Shown in pieces: positions 56,327 through 64,000 of a DNA stretch of 64,000 nt (its first letter is position 1; every line of letters starts with the position of its first letter). Below the pieces are notes generated by a model. It did not search any database. It saw only the letters and a program-made list of their open reading frames with translations, and was not told the origin of the DNA. The stretch is from Candidatus Latescibacterota bacterium (GTDB lineage: Bacteria; Latescibacterota; UBA2968), in contig OZ242320.1 of assembly GCA_965208125.1 (NCBI GenBank), positions 3,072,001 through 3,136,000 on the forward strand, given 5' to 3'. The translations under genes and the position numbers were made by a program.

Positions 56327-56632
56327 TTATTCCAGATCTTTGAGGGGTATTGATAGGGCGTCTCGCAGTATTTTGCCGGGTTTGAATCCGACTTTGCGAC
56401 GTGCAGGCACATAGACTTCTTCGCCAGTTCGGGGATTGCGCGCGCGAGGACGGGCATTGGTGCGTTTGACTTCCCAGCTTCCAAAGCCTCGAATTTCGAT
56501 CCGTTCACCTTCAATAATAGCTTCTGCAAGAGTTTCAAAGAGTACATCTACGGCTTGTTTCGCCATTGTGTTTTTGCAGTCGATTTCATCTGCAAGTATT
56601 TTTGCCAGATCTGCCTTGGTGATGGTTTGCAC
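56327..56632 (-). CDS. HU/IHF family DNA-binding protein
   Basis: TKADL, IEIRGFG, ARNPRTGE, FKPGK. Confidence 0.95.
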   Translation of the reverse strand: MQTITKADLAKILADEIDCKNTMAKQAVDVLFETLAEAIIEGERIEIRGFGSWEVKRTNARPRARNPRTGEEVYVPARRKVGFKPGKILRDALSIPLKDLE

Positions 56633-56763
56633 TCGCTACCCTCCGCAAAAAGTGCCAAACGCATTGAACAAAATAAAGCGTTTCAGGCGATTATCCAGAA
56701 AACAATGAAGCGACTATTCACAAAAAAACGGCGACCTCGCTGGATGGTCACCGCGATGATTTA

Positions 56764-56840
56764 TGGTGGGCGCACAGGGACTCGAACCCCGGACCAACGG
56801 ATTATGAGTCCGTCGCTCTAACCAACTGAGCTATGCGCCC
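56764..56840 (-). tRNA. tRNA with CAT anticodon, probably tRNA-Ile2 (lysidine-modified)
   Basis: GGGCGCATAGCTCAGTTGGTTAGAGCGACGGACTCATAATCCGTTGGTCCGGGGTTCGAGTCCCTGTGCGCCCACCA; G1-C72 pair and no 3 G-C anticodon stem, so not an initiator; elongator Met not excluded. Confidence 0.9.
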
Positions 56841-56918
56841 CAAATTTAGTTTGGCTAATCCAATGCGAAAAACAAAGATAAGGAACATAGATAAGTTGTC
56901 AACTGAAAACTGGATACC

Positions 56919-58700
56919 TCATGAAAGTTCTTTGGGTTCAACCATCGCTTTTCGCCGGGCTGTAAGGTGGCGGTGTTTTTCCAGCGTGGCGCGCAGGTCG
57001 TCGGAAGAAAGCGGTTGGCGCAATTGCTTTTCGATCAGTTCGATTTCGCGTTCGAGACTTTTGAGATGGAACTTGTGAATATAATCTTGAATGGGGATAT
57101 CGATGTTGGGATTCTCAATGCCGATTTCCAGAGATAGGTCGGTTAATATGCGGCTTAAGCGATTATCGTTGCACTGATTGATGAGGTGTGCGATCTCGAT
57201 AGATTGGTTCTGCTGTCGGTTGTGGGCAATCAGGGTAGCGATTTGCCGGTATGCACTATTTGTAAAGTTGTCGGGAGATATTTGTTTGAATACACTATCG
57301 GCGGTTTCGGGATGTTGCATCAGGTAGGTGAGCAGTTCGCGTTCGGAACGGGGCCGCGTATCATAAGTTTCGGGTTCTGGTTGTCCATTTTGTGGTCTTG
57401 TAGAGCTGCGTTGCGTTTGGGCAATGCCAATGAGGATTTCTTCATCTATTCCGATTTTTTCGGCGATGTCTTTGATGAGAAATTGTTTGAGCGCGTTGTC
57501 TGTGATGCGCCCAACGAGTTCGGCCAATGCGTGTGCTGTCCGGGTTTTGCCATCTACGGTGGAGAGGTCGTTTTGTTGAGCAAGTTGTTCTATGAGGAAG
57601 TCGATGGCGGGTGCGGCGTTTTCGGTGAGGCGCAGAAGGCCATTGGGTCCCTGGGCGCGCACATAGCTGTCGGGGTCGTGGTCTTCGGGCAGGGTGACAA
57701 CGCGCACTTCGAGGCCCACTTCAAAGAGCGATCCGATTCCCCGCATTGCCGCGGTTGCCCCGGCGGTGTCGCCGTCGAAGATGAGTATGGTTTTGGGCGC
57801 GTAACGCCTGAGCAGGCGCGCGTGGTCGGGAGTGAGTGCTGTGCCCGAGGATGCGACCGCGTTTTCAATGCCGTATTGCGATAGGGCAATGAGGTCCATA
57901 TACCCTTCTACAACGAGTGCTGTTCCCGCGTCGCGAATGGCATCTCTATTGCGCCACAAGCCGTACAGGGTGGCGCTTTTGTTGTACACAGGGGTTTCCG
58001 GAGAGTTGATGTATTTGGCCTGTTCGTTGGGGTCAAGGGCGCGCGCGCCAAAAGCGACGGGGCGTCCTGTGGCGGCGTGAATGGGGAAGGTGATGCGGTT
58101 GCGAAAGCGGTCGTAAAAACCGCCTCCTGTTTGCCTTGGTGTGACCAGTCCGGCGCGTTCGAGTATTTGCGGAGAGAATCCCCGGCGGGTGGCGACTTGC
58201 AAGAAGCCATCCCACTGGTCGGGCGCATAACCGAGGGAAAAGGCATCGATCACATCGCGGTTTATGCCGCGGTTCTCGAGGTAGGCCATTGCATCGGCGG
58301 CTTTCTCGTCTTGCGTGAGCAGGTGGTGAAAATATTTGACCGCGAGTTCATTGGCGCGGTAGAGTTGATCAAAGACTTCCTGCTGGTCCGAGTCTGCGGG
58401 TTTTGAATCGGGCAAGGCTATGCCCGCGCGATCGGCGAGTTGGCGAACGGCTTCGATAAAGCTGATGTTTTCTATGTCGCGCAGAAATGTAAAGCTGTTG
58501 CCGCCCGCACCGCAGGCGAAACACTTGTAGATCTGTTTTTCTTGCGAGACGTTTAAGGAGGGTGTGGAGTCGTCGTGGAAGGGACACAGGCCGACAAAGC
58601 TTTTGCCCCGGCGGGTCAGTGCAACGTGGTCGCCAACAACATCGACGATGTCAATGGACAGGCGCACTTGGTCGATGACAGTTTCTGGAATGCGCGGCAT
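56919..58700 (-). CDS. dnaG: DNA primase
   Basis: CPFH...C..CG zinc finger, KYINSPET, VEGYMD, FDGD.AG. Confidence 0.97.
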   Translation of the reverse strand: MPRIPETVIDQVRLSIDIVDVVGDHVALTRRGKSFVGLCPFHDDSTPSLNVSQEKQIYKCFACGAGGNSFTFLRDIENISFIEAVRQLADRAGIALPDSKPADSDQQEVFDQLYRANELAVKYFHHLLTQDEKAADAMAYLENRGINRDVIDAFSLGYAPDQWDGFLQVATRRGFSPQILERAGLVTPRQTGGGFYDRFRNRITFPIHAATGRPVAFGARALDPNEQAKYINSPETPVYNKSATLYGLWRNRDAIRDAGTALVVEGYMDLIALSQYGIENAVASSGTALTPDHARLLRRYAPKTILIFDGDTAGATAAMRGIGSLFEVGLEVRVVTLPEDHDPDSYVRAQGPNGLLRLTENAAPAIDFLIEQLAQQNDLSTVDGKTRTAHALAELVGRITDNALKQFLIKDIAEKIGIDEEILIGIAQTQRSSTRPQNGQPEPETYDTRPRSERELLTYLMQHPETADSVFKQISPDNFTNSAYRQIATLIAHNRQQNQSIEIAHLINQCNDNRLSRILTDLSLEIGIENPNIDIPIQDYIHKFHLKSLEREIELIEKQLRQPLSSDDLRATLEKHRHLTARRKAMVEPKELS

Positions 58701-58758
58701 GTTAAGGAACTCCCCGGGGAGAGGGGATGGAGGCTGTAACAGGTGTTGCAAGCTAATT

Positions 58759-60708
58759 TTATGCTGGCTCAACCCAATCGCCGCCAGCGCGTATCAGGTC
58801 AATCAGTTCGTCAACCGCACCTTCTGTGGGGATATTGCGTTTGACGATGTCTTTGCCCTTGTAGAGCGTGATTTTGCCAGGTCCACTGCCTACATAACCG
58901 TAATCGGCGTCGGCCATTTCACCGGGACCGTTGACAATGCAGCCCATAATGCCAATTTTGACGCCTTTGAGGTGGTTGGTGTGGCTGCGAATCAGGGCGG
59001 TGGTTTCCTGCAGGTCGAACAGGGTGCGCCCACAGGAGGGGCAGGATATGTATTCGGTTTTGGAGATGCGGGTGCGCGTGGCTTGCAAGATGCCGAAGGC
59101 CGTGCGGGTGAGGGTGTGGTCGTCTATTTGATTGGATGCATCAAGCCACAGGCCATCGCCGAGGCCATCGACGAGCAGTCCGCCGCAGTCTGTGGCGGCG
59201 TAGAGCATGAAGGCGTCATTGGCTGAGTACATTGTTTCGCTATATGTTCGGCGGATGACTACGGGTATGTCGCAATGCCAATCTGCAAGCAGGCAGAATG
59301 CGCGGCGCAGTTCGGGCATGGCGTGGGTGTTGTGGGTTTTCAGGATGAGTACTGCACGGGGATCGTCCTTGAGCGCATGGATAAGCGGTGCGTCGAGTTC
59401 GGCGAGTTCGGCACAGATAAAGGTGATGCGGTTGGCTGTGTGATTGGATTGCAAGTATGCAGCCGAAGAAAAAAGCGGGTATGCGGTGGAAGCGGGGGAC
59501 CAGGCCCGGGCATTTTGAATGACGCCAAGTGTGCCCGGTAGTTCAAAATCGAGGGAGCGATTGCCGATATTTATAAAATCAACGGCCATGTCGGCAATGT
59601 GCCATTTGTCGAGCGCTGCGTCGTACGTATAGCCAAAGGGGTGCAGGGATTCGGGGGTGATGGCGTCCTGTGGCGTGACAATGACGATTGGGACACTCGG
59701 TTTGCCGATTTTTTCGACCTGTCGCGTTGTGCGGCGGGTGTAAGAAAATGGGTCGATATGAGATGTTTGAATGTCCGGTATTGGCGCGTGATCGCTGCGG
59801 TTGCAATAGCGGGCGACCAGTGTTTGCGCCACGGGGATTTCGGCTTCGGGTTCTTCGGTGAGGGAGACGCGAATGGTATCGCCCAAACCATCTTCGAGCA
59901 GCGCGCCTATACCCACGGCCGATTTGATGCGCCCGTCTTCGCCATCGCCAGCTTCCGTGACACCCAGATGGAGCGGGTAGTTCATGCCTTCGGCTATCAT
60001 TTTGTTTACGAGGAGGCGGTAGGCTTGAACCATGATTTGCGGATTGCTGGCTTTCATGGAAAATACGATGTCGTGATAGTCGAGATCACTGCATATCCGC
60101 GCAAATTCGAGTGCGGATTCGACCATGCCGAGTGGGGTGTCGCCAAACCTGCTCATAATGCGGTCTGAGAGCGACCCGTGGTTGGTGCCAATTCGCATGG
60201 CTGTGCCGTATTCTTTGCAGATTTTGACCAGTGGTGCGAATCTGTCGCGGATGCGGTGCAGTTCTTCGGCGTATTGGGCATCGGTGTATTCGATGATCTG
60301 GAATTTTTTTTTGTCGGCGTAATTGCCGGGGTTCACGCGCACTTTTTCCACAATTCGAGCGGCGATTTCCGCAGCATTGGGGGTGTAGTGAATATCGGCT
60401 ATCAGTGGGGTGTGGTAGCCCGCGGCTCTGAGTTTTTTTTGGATATTTTCGAGATTGCGGGCTTCGTTCTGGCTGGGTGCTGTTATGCGCACGTATTCAC
60501 ATCCGGCGCGGATCATGCGGATGGACTGGGCGACCGTGCCATCGGTGTCCATGGTATCGGTTGTGGTCATTGATTGCACGCGGATGGGATTGTCGCCGCC
60601 GAGTGGCATACCTCCGATATCGACTTCGCGGGTTTTGAAGCGGGTGTATTCCGTGAGCGAATTGCAGTATTTGCCCTGGGAAACGAGCAGGTCACTGGTT
60701 ATGGACAT
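58759..60708 (-). CDS. ispG: HMBPP synthase, long three-domain type
   Basis: IRVQSMT, ADIH, RIGTNHGSLS, HLGVTEAG, CPSCGR...GCIVNGPGE; internal inserted domain. Confidence 0.97.
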   Translation of the reverse strand: MSITSDLLVSQGKYCNSLTEYTRFKTREVDIGGMPLGGDNPIRVQSMTTTDTMDTDGTVAQSIRMIRAGCEYVRITAPSQNEARNLENIQKKLRAAGYHTPLIADIHYTPNAAEIAARIVEKVRVNPGNYADKKKFQIIEYTDAQYAEELHRIRDRFAPLVKICKEYGTAMRIGTNHGSLSDRIMSRFGDTPLGMVESALEFARICSDLDYHDIVFSMKASNPQIMVQAYRLLVNKMIAEGMNYPLHLGVTEAGDGEDGRIKSAVGIGALLEDGLGDTIRVSLTEEPEAEIPVAQTLVARYCNRSDHAPIPDIQTSHIDPFSYTRRTTRQVEKIGKPSVPIVIVTPQDAITPESLHPFGYTYDAALDKWHIADMAVDFINIGNRSLDFELPGTLGVIQNARAWSPASTAYPLFSSAAYLQSNHTANRITFICAELAELDAPLIHALKDDPRAVLILKTHNTHAMPELRRAFCLLADWHCDIPVVIRRTYSETMYSANDAFMLYAATDCGGLLVDGLGDGLWLDASNQIDDHTLTRTAFGILQATRTRISKTEYISCPSCGRTLFDLQETTALIRSHTNHLKGVKIGIMGCIVNGPGEMADADYGYVGSGPGKITLYKGKDIVKRNIPTEGAVDELIDLIRAGGDWVEPA

Positions 60709-60729
60709 TGGTCGTCTCTGTGGTTGTTA

Positions 60730-60758
60730 GTAGGGACGGGTTTTAAACCCGTCCCTAC
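60730..60758. repeat. REP-like perfect palindrome GTAGGGACGGGTTT-T-AAACCCGTCCCTAC
   Basis: 14-bp arms; overlaps the cvpA stop codon. Confidence 0.8.
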
Positions 60759-61363
60759 TTGGATTCCTCAAGCATTTCGTTGATTTTTTTTCGCGCTTTA
60801 CCGGCTTCTTCGTTGAACTTTTCAATCAGAGGAGGCGTTTTTTCGATCTGAATGCCCAGTGCTTCGAGCAGGGTTTTTACGTTGGGAAACATGGCCTGTA
60901 CACCATCCGCAATCACCCGAGCGGATTTTTGAAGCGGTGCGCCTAAGGCGGAGTTGTCGATGAATTCGGGCACGCGGCTATGGATGGGCTTTGCATGTAA
61001 AAATATGGCGATCAGACCTAAAATCAATGCGCCTTGAACCAGCCCCAGAGCAATGCCACCAAATGCGTCAATCGCGCCGAGGGGAGAGGTCCTCAGCATT
61101 CCGTGAAGGGCGCGCCCGAGAAAATAGCAGGCGGCCAGGACGGCCGCAAATACCACAAAGAATCCGATTAGCGCGGTGCCCGTGCCGAGGTCTTCTGTTG
61201 TATCGAACAAAGCGCGCGCTGTCGTTTCGCCATAAGTGAGGGCAAAACCATAAGCCAATATCACGCTGAGTAGCATGATGAGGCTTTGTACCAGCCCAAT
61301 TTGCCATCCTTTTCGAGCGAACCAGAAGAGGCCGAGGGCAAAAATGAGATCGACGATGTTCAT
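60755..61363 (-). CDS. cvpA: CvpA family membrane protein
   Basis: MN.VD.I......G...G, D..GG..LG..G pattern. Confidence 0.85.
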   Translation of the reverse strand: MNIVDLIFALGLFWFARKGWQIGLVQSLIMLLSVILAYGFALTYGETTARALFDTTEDLGTGTALIGFFVVFAAVLAACYFLGRALHGMLRTSPLGAIDAFGGIALGLVQGALILGLIAIFLHAKPIHSRVPEFIDNSALGAPLQKSARVIADGVQAMFPNVKTLLEALGIQIEKTPPLIEKFNEEAGKARKKINEMLEESK

Positions 61364-61446
61364 TTGAAGTGCAAAATGGGAATGGATAAAAAAAAGCGAT
61401 AGCCACCCTGAGTGATTATCGCTTAATTCGAATAATTGCGAAAGAC

Positions 61447-61644
61447 TTAGCGGGTGTATTGCTGGTCCAATTTGATCCGCTTGCGTCTTGCTGCAGCAAT
61501 TTTGCGTTTCCGACGTTCACTCGGTTTTTCAAAGTGCTGATTTTTCTTCATGTCGGAAATAACACCGGCTTTTTCGCAGGCCTTTTTGAACCGTTTGAGT
61601 GCTCTTTCGAACGGCTCATCGTCACGTACGAGAACACCAGGCAT
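61447..61644 (-). CDS. rpsU: 30S ribosomal protein S21
   Basis: V...EPFERALKRFKK...EKPSERRK. Confidence 0.96.
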   Translation of the reverse strand: MPGVLVRDDEPFERALKRFKKACEKAGVISDMKKNQHFEKPSERRKRKIAAARRKRIKLDQQYTR

Positions 61645-61930
61645 GCCGGGACTCACCCCTTTCTTTATGAAAATGTGATGAATAACTAAGACGAATTTCA
61701 ATATAACATATAAAATGTCCCGCACTTTTGCAACCCGTTTTTCCCACATCGATTCATTTACTATGGCGCGTGTTATACGCCTTAAATTGGTTCGCCATAA
61801 AAAACGTCTTTGTTCATTTCAAGGCGTTTTTTATTTTTAATACGGAAATTGTGAGACTTTGGTTTTGAATGGGAACTCAAAAAAGTGTCGGGCGTTTTGG
61901 ATGGGGAAGGACCACCAGACGGAGGAGCGA

Positions 61931-63238
61931 ATGCAATCAAGAAATGAAAATGAGATCGACGACAAGCTTAAGAACTTACACGTACGCCTGTCCAGCCAGA
62001 GTTTTTTAACGGCTTATTTTTTTCTTTTAGCGGTCATTATTGTCATCGCATTCCTCATTTATACACAGCTCTATGTGGTGCAACCCATGCGGCAAGAAGC
62101 CAGGCGTATGGGAGAGTTCTACGCTTTTATGCACAGTGTGGTTACGTTGGAGAAAATTGAGTTCAAGGGATTTTACAAGAATGTCATTTTTCACACTGTC
62201 CAAAACCCCAATTTTCCGGTTGTAATCACAGACGCACAGGGTATTCCTCGATACTGGAAAGCGATTGACATTCCCCCCTTTGGTGACCGTACCCCCGAAA
62301 CCCTGGGCAAAGTGATGGACAAAGCTTACGCGCTCGATATGGAAAAAGATCCGTTGCCGTTTGAATGGCCCGGAACAGAATGGGGTCCAGATGGCAATCC
62401 CGTCAATCAGGAACCGGAAACCTGGCATTTGCACTGGGGGGCGTCCGCGCTGGAGAAGCGTTTGAACTGGTTGCCCTGGGTCGCTTTTGGGGTGACAATT
62501 TTATTTACTGGCGGTGGATATCTCGGATTTCGGTATATTAAGAATAGAGAACAGCGGTCTATCTGGGTGGGGATGGCTCGGGAAACAGCCCATCAGTTGG
62601 GTACGCCGCTGTCTTCACTGTACGGTTGGTTGGCGCTGTTGAAGGACGAGTTGGATGCAGAGGGTGATAAAGAGAGTAGTCAGAGGCTGAGAAGTATCCT
62701 GGAAGAAATGGATCGGGATACGAGCCGATTGGATAAGATCGCTTCTCGTTTTAGTCTGATTGGTTCCACGCCCGAATTGCGATTGGATCGGGTGCGCGAT
62801 GTGGTGGCTGAAACAGCGGGTTATCTGCGCGCACGCTTGCCGGATAATGTGCAAATTGTAGAGGAACTGGACGATGTGCCGGTTGTTCCGATCAATCGGG
62901 AGCTTTTGGGATGGGCGTTTGAAAATCTCTTCAGAAATGCCGCCGATGCAATGGAAGGGAGAGGGGGCCGCATTGATGTGTCGTCGCGCGTGGAGGAACA
63001 CCGGGTGGTTATTGAGGTACGCGATACGGGAAAAGGCATGCCTTCGCATATGTTTAAGCAGGTTTTTTTGCCGGGTACCAGTACCAAGAAACGCGGTTGG
63101 GGACTCGGTCTGGCATTTGTGAAACGCATTGTGGAAGACTATCACAGTGGAAAAGTATATATCAAAGAAAGTGTGCCAGATCAGGGCACGACATTTGTCG
63201 TCTTGCTGCCTTTGTCTCCGGCAGATATAGATGACTAA
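61931..63238 (+). CDS. Sensor histidine kinase
   Basis: Two TM helices, ETAHQLGTPLS H-box, N-box, DTGKG, GWGLGL. Confidence 0.93.
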   Translation: MQSRNENEIDDKLKNLHVRLSSQSFLTAYFFLLAVIIVIAFLIYTQLYVVQPMRQEARRMGEFYAFMHSVVTLEKIEFKGFYKNVIFHTVQNPNFPVVITDAQGIPRYWKAIDIPPFGDRTPETLGKVMDKAYALDMEKDPLPFEWPGTEWGPDGNPVNQEPETWHLHWGASALEKRLNWLPWVAFGVTILFTGGGYLGFRYIKNREQRSIWVGMARETAHQLGTPLSSLYGWLALLKDELDAEGDKESSQRLRSILEEMDRDTSRLDKIASRFSLIGSTPELRLDRVRDVVAETAGYLRARLPDNVQIVEELDDVPVVPINRELLGWAFENLFRNAADAMEGRGGRIDVSSRVEEHRVVIEVRDTGKGMPSHMFKQVFLPGTSTKKRGWGLGLAFVKRIVEDYHSGKVYIKESVPDQGTTFVVLLPLSPADIDD

Positions 63239-63317
63239 AGGTGAGACGAGAGAGGGGTGGAGTGGTCGTTTTACCTCTTGCGTCTTACTTCTTACCGCTA
63301 ATTGAAAAGAGGTGCCT

Positions 63318-64000
63318 GTGAATCAAACGCAAGAAGCCAAGCAGATTTTGTGGGCGGATGACGAGATCGATTTGTTGCGACCCCATCAAATTTTTCTCAA
63401 AGATCGGGGATATGATATAACTCCTGTGACCAATGGCGATGATGCTATTGCCATGATTCAGAAGCGCGGATTTGATGCGGTATTGCTCGATGAGATGATG
63501 GCTGGACGAGATGGGTTGTCAACTCTGGCGGCGATTAAGGATATCAATCCGCATATTCCGGTTATTATGATTACGAAAAACGAAGAAGAACGGTTGATGG
63601 AACAGGCTATTGGACAGCGGATTGACGACTATTTGACCAAGCCCGTGAATCCGAGTCAGATTTTGCTGGCGTGCAAAAAATTGCTCGATACACGTCAAAT
63701 TCAAAAGGACCGCATGGGTCTGGACTATGCGGCTGCATCCAACAGGTTGCGCGAATCTCTCATATTGGCGGAGTCATGGCGAGATTGGATCGATCTTCAC
63801 GTGCGCCTGTCTGAGTGGGATTTGGAATTGGACCGCTTTTACGATCCGGGCTTGCGCACCATGCACGACGATTTGCGCCGCGCCTGCAATTTGGGGTTTG
63901 GCAAGTTTGTAGAGGACAATTACAGCCAGTGGGTGCAAGATGAAGAGGATTCACCCACGCTTTCTGTGGATATTGTATCCGAATTTGTCGCGCCCTGCGT
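63318..64000 (+). CDS. PorX-like response regulator (receiver domain, probably followed by PglZ); partial, runs off the window
   Basis: GTG start after GAGG; ILWADDEIDLLRPH..FL...GY...LLDEMM...MITKNEEE..MEQAIG..I.DYL.KPVNPSQIL; absent from the ORF track because it has no stop in the window. Confidence 0.85.
   Translation, partial: MNQTQEAKQILWADDEIDLLRPHQIFLKDRGYDITPVTNGDDAIAMIQKRGFDAVLLDEMMAGRDGLSTLAAIKDINPHIPVIMITKNEEERLMEQAIGQRIDDYLTKPVNPSQILLACKKLLDTRQIQKDRMGLDYAAASNRLRESLILAESWRDWIDLHVRLSEWDLELDRFYDPGLRTMHDDLRRACNLGFGKFVEDNYSQWVQDEEDSPTLSVDIVSEFVAPC

Noticed and set aside
56764-56840. Initiator tRNA-fMet
   Set aside because: Has a G1-C72 pair and lacks three consecutive G-C pairs in the anticodon stem

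Overview
Bacterial chromosomal window, mostly ~50-55% GC by eye. The gene content (many sulfatase/PhyH/Gfo-Idh-MocA/NHL genes, PorV-like and PorX-like proteins, long-type IspG) suggests an FCB-group organism such as Latescibacterota or Gemmatimonadota; this is inference only. Housekeeping blocks: ffh-rpsP-rimM-trmD-rplS-tRNA-Val, rpe, hrpA, sucAB-lpdA, HU, tRNA(CAU), rpsU-cvpA-ispG-dnaG. A ~17 kb, largely AT-richer defence island (18357-35365) sits between an MFS gene and an amidohydrolase gene. It is bounded by a 17/19-bp direct repeat of the amidohydrolase 3' end and contains an internal, diverged copy of the MFS 3' end. It carries a NYN/PIN RNase preceded by a promoter, a cUUCGg hairpin and a terminator (type III toxin-antitoxin-like layout), an IS256 with target duplication, a GIY-YIG/RAMA-like/zinc-ribbon fusion, and a DNA phosphorothioation system (dndBCDE plus a pbeABCD-like module) with an AIPR gene inserted between the two modules. 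A metal/redox locus (two divergent ferritins, plus porin, FMN-binding and PepSY-TM genes) contains a candidate ~75-nt antisense sRNA. All calls are from motif recognition by eye; no searches were run.
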